Notes under the pieces: model-generated
Databases searched by the model: none
What the model was told of the DNA's origin: nothing
Seen by the model: only the letters and a program-made list of their open reading frames with translations
Position numbers and translations under genes: made by a program
NCBI GenBank assembly: GCA_963827755.1
Contig: CAWHCQ010000007.1
Coordinates: 11,036-75,035, forward strand
Reading direction: 5' to 3'
From: an uncultured Gammaproteobacteria bacterium
GTDB taxonomy: Bacteria > Pseudomonadota > Gammaproteobacteria > UBA9214
DNA length: 64,000 bases
Shown: one piece after another, positions 9,524 through 18,451 of the stretch
How positions within the stretch are numbered: the first letter of the stretch is position 1
Layout: the number at the start of each line of letters is the position of its first letter

Positions 9524-10740
9524 GTTTCCACCCCGGCGATACGCAGGCGGCTTTTGACCCGCTGGTCGGACCCGGTCGTTGCCGACTGGATGTCAACGGA
9601 CAAGGCGCCGTTTTTTGTCAACGCCTGTTTGAGCTGGTCCAGCAACTGCAGGCTGCCGACACTCAGGTCGAGGTCAAGCCGCCCGCCCCTGTAATTCGCC
9701 CCGGTAATTGCAACATCCTCGACATCCTTGATCACCACGCCGGCCTGCCCGATCAGGCTCAGAAAACGGCTCTCGGTACGCCGCCCGAGCTGTAACTCGT
9801 CGAGTTTCTGCTGCATCTGGGCGCGCGGGTTCACCAGCCGCCTGGTTTCGGGAAGCGCCTTTCTGAATGTCTCCTCGATTTGTATTTTCAGCTGGTCGCT
9901 TTCCCTGCTGAGGCGGTAATAATCGACGGCCATGACGGCATTGCTGATAAGTACGCCGGCCAGCAGCAACGCGGCTGTTGCCCGCCACGGGTAGAGGACA
10001 CGGTTCCATTCACCCGCGCGGCTGAACTCACCCTGCAGCAGGTTGATGGCCTTCAGGTCCAGTCCTTGCGAAAGCACGCCAAGCGGGTCGCGTGCGTAAT
10101 GCTCAAGGCGGATTTCACCGGGGTATTCGCCGGTATCCACCGGCGCGGCATCCTGCTCCGTGAACAGCTGCAAAACAGCGGACTCACCCGGTTCGTCCTG
10201 CCTGGCGGCTGTCAGCATGGCGCCGAGATTGTCACAATCCACCGCGTAGCCTGAATGGTCGCTGTCACGCACCACGGCCATATCCCGATCGACCAGGACA
10301 CCGCTCCCGCCCTCGGGCAGCGGCACGGCCAGCTGCTCGGGCAGCACCTGCTGCACATCAAGACCGGCTTCGGAAAGTGAAGCCAGCAGCGCTTGCAGGC
10401 GCTGCCTGTTGGTAACGGCGACCTGCCAGGTGCCGTCAGCCAGCTCGGCGCCAAGGGCAAAGTGCAACTTCTCGACATCATCCGACAACTGTTCTTCCAG
10501 CGCATAGGGCACGGCCTGCAGCAGTTTCTTCCGCTGGCGACCGGGCACGCGCACACTGGTCAGCAGGCAGTCGGTAGCGGACAGCAACACGATCACCCGC
10601 AGGCCATTCGCCTCGGCGGCCGCATCAGCCAGCGAGCCCATGTGAATAACACCACGCGCCTCGCCCGCCGCGTCGAGATGCAACCAGCTCCAGCGCCGGG
10701 GTTCAAAAGGGTTGCCCCGCAGCAACAGCATGTTACGCAT
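9520..10740 (-). CDS. gspL: Type II secretion protein L
   Basis: 'AVPYALEEQL..DVEKLHFA', 'INLLQGEF', 'VNPRAQM'. Confidence 0.92.
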   Translation of the reverse strand: MRNMLLLRGNPFEPRRWSWLHLDAAGEARGVIHMGSLADAAAEANGLRVIVLLSATDCLLTSVRVPGRQRKKLLQAVPYALEEQLSDDVEKLHFALGAELADGTWQVAVTNRQRLQALLASLSEAGLDVQQVLPEQLAVPLPEGGSGVLVDRDMAVVRDSDHSGYAVDCDNLGAMLTAARQDEPGESAVLQLFTEQDAAPVDTGEYPGEIRLEHYARDPLGVLSQGLDLKAINLLQGEFSRAGEWNRVLYPWRATAALLLAGVLISNAVMAVDYYRLSRESDQLKIQIEETFRKALPETRRLVNPRAQMQQKLDELQLGRRTESRFLSLIGQAGVVIKDVEDVAITGANYRGGRLDLDLSVGSLQLLDQLKQALTKNGALSVDIQSATTGSDQRVKSRLRIAGVET

Positions 10741-10954
10741 GGTTGGGTACCGGTTTAATCATTGAAATTCCTGCAGTATCGTACCAGAAAACATCCCGGA
10801 CAAGACAAACCCGGCCCGCAATAATCCGGCACCCTTTCAAATTGACAGCAACGGATACAGAACCAACACAGCAGGGTGCGGTTTTCCTGTTTAATGGCCA
10901 CGGCTTTACAATTTGGTGAGAGAAATTGTGATGTTTATGCATGAGCACCATTCA

Positions 10955-11932
10955 TCAAGGCATGAGCCGCGCCCGGGTCCTGCTGCGGGAAACCACCCGG
11001 CTGGCTCCATCCTTGCGCAGCAACACACTCTCCAGGCGAGCGTGGCCGCGTCCGATCGTCACGTCGGTTTGCAATCCAAACCAGTCGCTGCCGGTACCGA
11101 TCGCAACCGCCACTTCCAGGCCAGCCAGTGCATCATGGGCCATAAATGCTGCCTTGTCGGCATAGCCATCCTCACCGCGGTCCGAGATCAGGGAGTCCAC
11201 ATCCGCATCGCTCAGGTTCTCGTTCAGTGCAAGCAGCACTCGCGCTGATGCCGTGTTCACGTTGATAGCTGTTTTCTCCGGCAGCGCGGTAATGTGCGGT
11301 TCCAGTACCGCCAGCACTTCCGCACTGAAACCCTTCACCAGGCCCAGCTCGCTGACACTGATCAAGGGGCGGTTGGCCGTGCGATAGGGCGGATAATTCA
11401 GCAGGTAGGTGTCATCTTCGGCCCCGTCGGGATAGCGTGCCTCGATATCGGGATCAATCCAGTCGATCAGTGCGTTGACCAGGGCGATATCCAGCTCAAG
11501 CCCCAGCAGCAGGCGGGTGAAATAGTCCCTGTCCGCCTCGCTCGGGCCTTTTTCATCAACCAGGTTATTGACGTTGAAGCGCCCCTGCAGGTCACTGATG
11601 CGGCCATCGACAAACCCGCCTTCCACGGAAATGGGCGGCAATGCCATGGCCCAGTCCTCCTCCAGCATGTCGTTGTCGCTATCTTCCGCATCCCGATCCA
11701 TGATCACCTCGGCCCAGCTTTCGGCGGCCAGCGCATAGGCGTAGGCCTGTTCCCCGTGCAACAGGTTGCCGGTACGCCGCACGTCGATATGCTGACGGGT
11801 CGCCATGGCAACGGCCGCCACGGTTGCCAGGCTGACGACCAGCAGCGCGGTCAGCAGGGCAACACCGCGTTGACCGGCTGCCGCGCCGGTCGCGGGATTA
11901 TTTTTCCGCCTGGCTGAAGGGTCGCGGTTCAT
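10955..11932 (-). CDS. gspK: T2SS minor pseudopilin K
   Basis: 'QRGVALLTALLVV', 'DLQGRFNVNNL', 'INVNTA'; start at ATG overlapping the gspJ stop. Confidence 0.92.
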   Translation of the reverse strand: MNRDPSARRKNNPATGAAAGQRGVALLTALLVVSLATVAAVAMATRQHIDVRRTGNLLHGEQAYAYALAAESWAEVIMDRDAEDSDNDMLEEDWAMALPPISVEGGFVDGRISDLQGRFNVNNLVDEKGPSEADRDYFTRLLLGLELDIALVNALIDWIDPDIEARYPDGAEDDTYLLNYPPYRTANRPLISVSELGLVKGFSAEVLAVLEPHITALPEKTAINVNTASARVLLALNENLSDADVDSLISDRGEDGYADKAAFMAHDALAGLEVAVAIGTGSDWFGLQTDVTIGRGHARLESVLLRKDGASRVVSRSRTRARLMP

Positions 11933-12543
11933 CGCGGCAACTGAAACAGCCACACCAGCAGGCCGTAATGTTCGTGCTCGATCGTCACCTCGACCGCCGC
12001 CGGCAGCGCCCCGGTCGATGTCCCGGCGGATTCCTCAAGCGGCGCCGGCCACTGTTCCTGCCACTCGTCGTTGGCTGCCAGGTAGCGCAGCTGCATATTG
12101 TCGAGATTGTCCAGCAGCAGTTGTTCAACCGGCTGGCTGTCCTGGGCACGGTCGAGCACCTGCCAGGCATAGCGCCGCAGCTCCCGGTCCTCCCGGGCGT
12201 AAGCCACCCGTTGCAGGGTGCTGCGTGGACGGCCAAGCGGATTGTTCCAGCCGTCACGGGTGAACTCCAGTGTCTGGTCACCGACCAGCGGTGCCTGTTC
12301 ATCACCGAACTCATCGCGTACCGGGCGCGCCACCATCTGCTCGATATCGCGTTGCATCACCAGGTAGGCCTTCTGCAGCGCTGCCAGGCGCTCGGCCTCG
12401 GCTTCAGTCCGAAACTGCTGCTCCAGCACCGAGGCCAGCCCGCCATAGGACATCACCGCCAACAGGCCGAAAATCGCCAGCGCGATCAGCATTTCCAGCA
12501 GGGTAAACCCGCCAAGGCCGGATATTTCGGGGGTGCGCTTCAT
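11929..12543 (-). CDS. gspJ: T2SS minor pseudopilin J
   Basis: GFTLLEMLIALAIF; 'GWNNP...RSTLQRVAY', 'VLDRA'. Confidence 0.93.
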   Translation of the reverse strand: MKRTPEISGLGGFTLLEMLIALAIFGLLAVMSYGGLASVLEQQFRTEAEAERLAALQKAYLVMQRDIEQMVARPVRDEFGDEQAPLVGDQTLEFTRDGWNNPLGRPRSTLQRVAYAREDRELRRYAWQVLDRAQDSQPVEQLLLDNLDNMQLRYLAANDEWQEQWPAPLEESAGTSTGALPAAVEVTIEHEHYGLLVWLFQLPR

Positions 12544-12921
12544 TGCTCAGGTTGCTTGAGAAAACCGCTCAATACCGTGATCGGGTCTGCATCGTCGGCA
12601 TCAAGCGCACGTACTTCCACGTCAATGCGCCGCAATCGCTCCTCGTCGGTCTGGGAGATATTTGCCAGCCATTGCCACTCCCGCCTGCCCATCTCCAGGG
12701 TCCCCTCGCGCTCGCCCACGTCCGGCCACTCCTGTTCCAGCTGGTGCTGCACAAGTACATTGCGCGCAACCCAGGCCGTCAGGGTACGGTCGCGCAGATA
12801 GGACTGGTTATCGGTGTAGTCGGCCGGCCGCCCTGATCACGGCGCCCATGGCCAGCGCCAGCACGGCCAGGGCGACCATGATCTCGAGCAGGGTGAATCC
12901 CCGCGCGTTCCGGCACCTCAC
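12540..12921 (-). CDS. gspI: T2SS minor pseudopilin I, frameshifted near 12822
   Basis: Read manually: GTG-RCRNARGFTLLEIMVALAVLALAMGAVIRAAG, then a shifted frame DYTDNQSYLRDRTLTAWVARN continuing into ORF 12540-12752. Confidence 0.85.
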
Positions 12922-13466
12922 AGGCTCTCCTCCCTCTCCCAGGCCAGCTCACCCAGCAGTGAAGCCGTCAGGTAATAGCGGGCCTCGCTCAAGCTCGCCT
13001 GCAGGCGTACCGTAAAGGGCGTGATCTCGCCGCTGGAGAGGATATAGACCTGCGGGACCAGGGCGTCGTCTGCGTCCTCTTCTTCGGCATCGCCCGCGAC
13101 CAGCAGCGGTAACTCGCCCTCGACTTCAAGGTGCAGCTCGATACCGGCAGGCAGACTGTGGGACTTGAACAGGACATCGTCCGGCGGCGTTTCCCAGCCG
13201 GCATTGCCCAGGACCAGAAAGGCATAACTGTCATCGGTGAAATGCAGGGCCAGTTCCTCACCGCGGATAATGGCTTCATCGCTGGCCATGTCGAGCAGGG
13301 TCGCCAGGCGGCGGGTTTCCTGTTCCATCAGTTCAGCCACGTCATCACCACCGAGTGACAGCACGGCAAAGCTGAAGATAATCCCGATCAGGACGATGAC
13401 GACCAGCAACTCGATCAGGGTGAAACCGGCAGGCTGCCTGAATGAAGCAGCAGGCATCAGGGACAT
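12918..13466 (-). CDS. gspH: T2SS minor pseudopilin H
   Basis: GFTLIELLVVIVLIGI; 'PQVYILSSGEITPF'. Confidence 0.92.
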   Translation of the reverse strand: MSLMPAASFRQPAGFTLIELLVVIVLIGIIFSFAVLSLGGDDVAELMEQETRRLATLLDMASDEAIIRGEELALHFTDDSYAFLVLGNAGWETPPDDVLFKSHSLPAGIELHLEVEGELPLLVAGDAEEEDADDALVPQVYILSSGEITPFTVRLQASLSEARYYLTASLLGELAWEREESL

Positions 13467-13501
13467 AAGGAGGCTCTCTATTCCCGGACAGCCGCCTGAG
13501 G

Positions 13502-13924
13502 CTACTGCGGGTTCCAGTTGGCTATGTCGTCTTCGCTGGGCACCTGGTCAGGGCCGAGCGAGTAGACATCGATGTCGCCGTGCACGCCCGGGCTCAGATA
13601 TTGATAGGGTTGTTTCCAGGGATCCAGCGGCAACCGGTCGACGTAACCCCCGGCCTGCCAGTTGGCCGGCTCCGGTGAACCGGGTTTTTCAACCAGTGCT
13701 TCCAGGCCCTGGTCCGTGTTCGGGTAGACGTAGTTATCCATCTTGTACATCTTCAGCGCCCCTTCCAGCGCCTGGATGTCCAGGCTCGCCTTGGTCTTGC
13801 GCGCCTGGTCGGGACGGTCCATCACCCTGGGCACCAGGATGGCCGCCAGGATACCGAGGATCACCACCACGACCATCACTTCGATCAGGGTAAAACCCTG
13901 CTGTCCAAACTGTTTACGATTCAT
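13502..13924 (-). CDS. gspG: T2SS major pseudopilin G
   Basis: GFTLIEVMVVVVILGILAA; 'YPNTDQGLEALV', 'LPLDPW', 'DVYSLGPD'. Confidence 0.97.
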   Translation of the reverse strand: MNRKQFGQQGFTLIEVMVVVVILGILAAILVPRVMDRPDQARKTKASLDIQALEGALKMYKMDNYVYPNTDQGLEALVEKPGSPEPANWQAGGYVDRLPLDPWKQPYQYLSPGVHGDIDVYSLGPDQVPSEDDIANWNPQ

Positions 13925-14071
13925 GCAAATAACCTGATTGTTGGTAGAAGAGCGCTTGCCCGCAATCCGGCGGGCAGGCGGTTACTGCCATTCTAATGGG
14001 TTTTGGCAGCGGGGATACAGTTGATTGAGTGTCACGCCGCTAACGGCGCTTTCAGACCGGGATAGACGAAA

Positions 14072-14563
14072 TCAGTTCAGTACAAGCTGGTTGCGCACCT
14101 TCAGGGCGTACAGGTGGCGTTCCGCATCCACCAGGTGCTGCCCCCAGTGGGTGCGGTAGCTGGACTGCCAGACCTGCGCAGCCCGCTGCGGCCAGGCCTC
14201 GTCAAGCAGTTGCAGCCCGTGCTGCAGGTCAAAATAGATGTCCGTCAGGTCATCGGCCAGGCTGCCCGACATGTGCATCTCCTCGGGAGAGGCATCAAAC
14301 TCAAGCCAGTAGCTGTCACGCTCTCCCAGCACCTTGCGCAGACGGCTGTAGAGTTCGAAACGCTCATCCAGGTCGACGTCCGGCAGGGGTGCATCACCGG
14401 TGTCGTAGGCCGTCAGCGCGGTCACCGCCAGGTGCAGGCGCGGCATCAGGCTGAACAGGGACTCCAGCCACTCGCCCCGGCCCCACCCGGTTCGCTCGAC
14501 CAGCTGACAATAATTCTCGGCGACACCGACCATATCTGCCAGGGTTTCGGTAAGCGTAATCAT
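14072..14563 (-). CDS. DUF5063-like protein
   Basis: 'SLADDLTDIYFDL..GL' and 'WQSSYRTHWGQHL'; start at ATG 14563. Confidence 0.65.
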   Translation of the reverse strand: MITLTETLADMVGVAENYCQLVERTGWGRGEWLESLFSLMPRLHLAVTALTAYDTGDAPLPDVDLDERFELYSRLRKVLGERDSYWLEFDASPEEMHMSGSLADDLTDIYFDLQHGLQLLDEAWPQRAAQVWQSSYRTHWGQHLVDAERHLYALKVRNQLVLN

Positions 14564-14673
14564 CTTCTTGCCTTTTTGCTTGTAATACAGGTACTTGTAT
14601 CCAAAAGTAGAGGCCCTGCCCCGCCAGCGCAGGCGCATCAATTACCAGTGTAGTCAAGATTCGCGAGTCCGCC

Positions 14674-14853
14674 TCAGACTTCCACCATTTCAAAGTCTCT
14701 CTTTTCGGCACCACATTCCGGGCAGACCCAGTTTTCCGGAATGTCCGCCCAGCGCGTACCGGGCGGAAAACCTTCCTCGGGCAGGCCGGCCTCCTCGTTA
14801 TAGATAAAACCACACACCACGCACATATATTCCCGATAGCTCTTCATGTTCAT
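14674..14853 (-). CDS. Rubredoxin (59 aa, absent from the ORF track)
   Basis: Manual translation [59 protein letters not shown] with two CxxC motifs. Confidence 0.95.
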   Translation of the reverse strand: MNMKSYREYMCVVCGFIYNEEAGLPEEGFPPGTRWADIPENWVCPECGAEKRDFEMVEV

Positions 14854-14995
14854 ATCCCGTTATCAAATTGCAACTGCAGGCAGCCTTGAGGAGAGGCATT
14901 GTAACGACACGGGTGGCCAATAAACAGGGTGCATCGAGTGCTAGAATGCATCACTGGCACACATCTACCCCTGACAGGCAGCACGGCCCCACGTG

Positions 14996-15787
14996 ATGAC
15001 AAAAACCCCGATCGTAATGACCTTTTCCGGTCACGACCCAAGCGGTGGTGCAGGTATCCAGGCCGACATCGAGTCGCTGGCCAGCCTGGGGTGCCGGGCG
15101 GCGCCGGTGATCACGGCGCTGACCGTACAGGACACCCGTGACGTGCTTGCCGCCACCCCGCTGCATGCCGACAAGGTCACGGCGCAGGCGCGCGCGGTGC
15201 TGGCCGATCTGCCGGTTGCCGCCTTCAAGATCGGCATGCTCGGCAGTGCCGCAAACGCCGCGGCCATTCACGCAATCGTGCAGGACTACCCGCACCTGCC
15301 GCTGGTGCTGGACCCGGTACTGGCCTCCGGCGGTGGTACCGCGCTCGGCAGTGACGGTCTGCTGGAGGCGCTGCGCACCTTGTTGCTCCCCTGCACAACG
15401 CTGCTCACGCCCAACAGCCATGAAGCGCGTGCCCTGGCCATGCACGGCGAATCGCTGGATGACTGTGCCCTTGTCCTGCTCGAGCAGGGTGCCGACTATG
15501 TATTGGTAACCGGGACCCACGAAGAGACGACGCACGTCATCAACACCCTGTACCACGAACAACAGTTGCTGGAATCATTCAGCTGGGAGCGCCTGCCGCA
15601 CAGTTACCATGGCTCGGGGTGTACCCTCGCGGCCGCGATCGCCGGCCTGCTCGCCCATGGACTCGATCCCTTCCAGGCCGTGCACGAGGCCCAGGAATTC
15701 ACCTGGAATGCACTCCAGGCGGGCGACCGTCCCGGCAAGGGCCAGTACCTGCCCGACCGCCTCTTCTGGGCCCGGCAGGATGACTAG
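14996..15787 (+). CDS. thiD: Hydroxymethylpyrimidine/phosphomethylpyrimidine kinase
   Basis: 'SGHDPSGGAGIQADI', 'KIGMLG', 'LTPN', 'HGSGCTLAAA'. Confidence 0.9.
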   Translation: MTKTPIVMTFSGHDPSGGAGIQADIESLASLGCRAAPVITALTVQDTRDVLAATPLHADKVTAQARAVLADLPVAAFKIGMLGSAANAAAIHAIVQDYPHLPLVLDPVLASGGGTALGSDGLLEALRTLLLPCTTLLTPNSHEARALAMHGESLDDCALVLLEQGADYVLVTGTHEETTHVINTLYHEQQLLESFSWERLPHSYHGSGCTLAAAIAGLLAHGLDPFQAVHEAQEFTWNALQAGDRPGKGQYLPDRLFWARQDD

Positions 15788-16431
15788 CGCCCTGCCGGAA
15801 AACGGCCTCTACGCCATTACCGACAGCCAGCTGATTCCGGCAGGAGCATTGCTTGACCACGTCGCACAGGCAATCGCCGGCGGTGCCCGACTCATTCAAT
15901 ACCGCGACAAGCAGCAATCCCTGCTCGAGCGCAAACAGGCCGCCGCACGGCTGCAGCGGCTGTGTGCACAACAGGGCGTGCCGCTGATCATCAATGACGA
16001 TATTGAACTGGCACGCGACGGTGGGTGCCGCCGGTGTACACCTGGGCCGCGACGATGCGGCCATCGGCGAGGCGCGCGCACGGCTCGGGCCGGCGGCCAT
16101 CATCGGCGCATCCTGTTACAACCGGCTGGAAAATGCCGTTGCCGCGGCCCGCGCGGGTGCCAGCTATATTGCCTTCGGGCGCTTCTTCAGTTCGCAAAGC
16201 AAACCGGATGCCGTGCAGGCGGACATTGCCCTGCTGGCGCAGGCACGCGCACAACCCGGCCTGCCGATTGCCGCCATCGGCGGCATCACCCCGGAAAACG
16301 GCCGTCAACTGGTCGCGGCCGGCGCCGACCTGCTGGCCGTGATTCACGGGGTGTTCGGCCAGGCGGATATCGAGGCGGCTGCGCGTCGCTATGCGGACTG
16401 TTTTTGCATGCCGGTGAAACCGTCCGGGTGA
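15780..16431 (+). CDS. thiE: Thiamine-phosphate synthase, frameshifted near 16018
   Basis: 'GLYAITD', 'QYRDK', 'IINDD' in one frame; 'GVHLGRDD', 'GASCYN', 'AIGGIT' in another. Confidence 0.88.
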
Positions 16432-16450
16432 CGGAGGTCGGTTATTGTTG

Positions 16451-17080
16451 GGGGCGCCTTGCAGGCGCTGGTTTTATTTGATGCGGGCTCTCGCGCCCGC
16501 CGGCGAGATACTTTTCTTTGCTTCGCCGAAGAGAAACGTACACCAAATAGATGCGGGTCGCGCGCCGGCGAGATACTTTCTTTGCTCGCCAAAGAAACGT
16601 ACCAAAGAAAGGCACCCGAAGACTGCCCGCTGCGCGGGTTCCCTGCGCTTCTCGCGAAAACCGGCGCATGCGCAACTCGCAATCTCGCTACGCTCGAAAG
16701 CTCAAACAGGGTGCGCGGCTTCTCCGGTTTCACTGCGGTACTCGGTGCGTCCTACGGGAGGGGTAGATCAAACCCCCATACTCAGTGAGTATGGGGTGTT
16801 GATCTACCCCTCCCGTAGGCGCAGCCGAGCATCGCAGTGAAAACCGGATGAAGCATGCGCCCTGTTTGAGCTTTCGAGCGCAGCGAGATTGCGAGTTGCG
16901 CATGCGCCGGTTTTCGCGAGAAGCGCAGGGAACCCGAATACTCATTGAAAATGAGTATTCGGGCGCAGCCTCCGGGTCGCCTTTCTTTTGGGTACTTTTC
17001 TTTGGCGAAGCAAAGAAAAGTATCTCGCCGGCGGGCGCGAGAGCCCGCATCAAATAAAACCAGCGCCTGCAAGGCGCCCC
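16451..17080. repeat. ~630-bp imperfect palindrome (MITE/REP-derived element)
   Basis: Perfect 77-bp terminal inverted repeats at 16451-16527 and 17004-17080; pairing continues inward to the centre ccccatactca-g-tgagtatgggg at 16785. Confidence 0.92.
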
Positions 17081-17150
17081 ATACAAGATAGGCTCCGTAC
17101 CCTCTCCAGTATTTGCTACCATGGACCACAATCAGAACAAGGACTCACAC

Positions 17151-18431
17151 ATGACCCGCTCACACGATCTGTTCCAGTCGGCCTGCCGGCATATTCCCGG
17201 GGGCGTCAATTCACCGGTGCGCGCCTTCAAGGGGGTCGGTGGCGACCCGGTGTTCTTCAGCCGCGGCGAAGGGGCGTGGCTGTTCGATGCCGATGACAAA
17301 TGCTACATCGATTACGTCGGCTCCTGGGGGCCGATGATTGCCGGCCATGCACACCCCGAGGTGATCAGGGCGGTCCGGGAAATGGCGGCACAGGGGCTTG
17401 GCTTCGGCGCACCCACGGAAATCGAGACCCGCATGGCCGATCTGCTCTGCGAGCTGGTGCCGTCGATGGACATGGTGCGCATGGTCAACTCGGGCACCGA
17501 GGCGACCATGAGCGCCATCCGCCTGGCGCGCGGTTTCACCGGGCGCGACCGCATTATCAAGTTCGAGGGTTGCTACCATGGCCACTCCGATGCCCTGCTG
17601 GTCAAGGCCGGTTCCGGCACCCTCACCCTCGGCGTGCCCACCTCACCCGGCGTTCCCGCGGCCGTGGCCGCCCATACCAGCACCCTGACCTATAATGATC
17701 TTGACGGTATAGATGAAGTATTTGCATCGATCGGCAACGAAATTGCAGCGATAATCGTTGAACCTGTCGCTGGCAACATGAATTGCATTCCGCCGGTCCC
17801 CGGTTTCCTCGAAGGCCTGCGCAGCCGCTGCGATGAATACGGCAGCGTCCTCATCTTCGACGAGGTCATGACCGGTTTCCGCGTCGCCCTCGGCGGTGCC
17901 CAGCAGCACTACGGTGTCACGCCCGATCTCACCACGCTGGGGAAGGTCATCGGTGGCGGCCTGCCGGTCGGCGCCTTCGGCGGTCGTCGCGACATCATGG
18001 AGCAGCTTGCACCGCTGGGCCCGGTGTACCAGGCCGGCACCCTGTCCGGCAATCCCATCTCGCTCGCCGCCGGCCTGGCGACCCTGGAGCTGGCCTGCGC
18101 CGAGGGTTTCCACCAGCAGCTGGATCGTGCCGCGAAACGGCTGACTGCCGGGTTGCAGGTACAGGCCAACAGGGCCGGCATCCCCTTCAGCACCAACCAG
18201 GTCGGCGGGATGTTCGGCTGCTTCTTCAGCCCGGAAACGCCCGTCACCCGTTTCGAGCAGGTCATGGCCTGTGACATCAAACGTTTCCAGGCCTTCTACC
18301 ATGGCATGCTCGATGCCGGCGTGTATCTTGCGCCGTCGGCCTTTGAAGCCGGTTTTGTTTCCTCGGCACACACCGACGCCATCATCGATGCCACCGTGGA
18401 TGCCGCCGGACGGGTATTTAAAACACTTTAA
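17151..18431 (+). CDS. hemL: Glutamate-1-semialdehyde 2,1-aminomutase
   Basis: '[12 protein letters not shown]', 'NSGTEATM', 'FDEVMTGFR', '[11 protein letters not shown]', '[10 protein letters not shown]'. Confidence 0.97.
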   Translation: MTRSHDLFQSACRHIPGGVNSPVRAFKGVGGDPVFFSRGEGAWLFDADDKCYIDYVGSWGPMIAGHAHPEVIRAVREMAAQGLGFGAPTEIETRMADLLCELVPSMDMVRMVNSGTEATMSAIRLARGFTGRDRIIKFEGCYHGHSDALLVKAGSGTLTLGVPTSPGVPAAVAAHTSTLTYNDLDGIDEVFASIGNEIAAIIVEPVAGNMNCIPPVPGFLEGLRSRCDEYGSVLIFDEVMTGFRVALGGAQQHYGVTPDLTTLGKVIGGGLPVGAFGGRRDIMEQLAPLGPVYQAGTLSGNPISLAAGLATLELACAEGFHQQLDRAAKRLTAGLQVQANRAGIPFSTNQVGGMFGCFFSPETPVTRFEQVMACDIKRFQAFYHGMLDAGVYLAPSAFEAGFVSSAHTDAIIDATVDAAGRVFKTL

Positions 18432-18451
18432 AGTACCGGCCGGCCAACCGC

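Noticed and set aside
10926-10942. TGTGA half-site suggesting a CRP/FNR-family box in the gspK-gspL gap
   Set aside because: The second half-site (TGCAT) does not match TCACA
16389-17296. Many overlapping ORFs on both strands
   Set aside because: They are mirror-image translations of the palindromic element with no protein motifs
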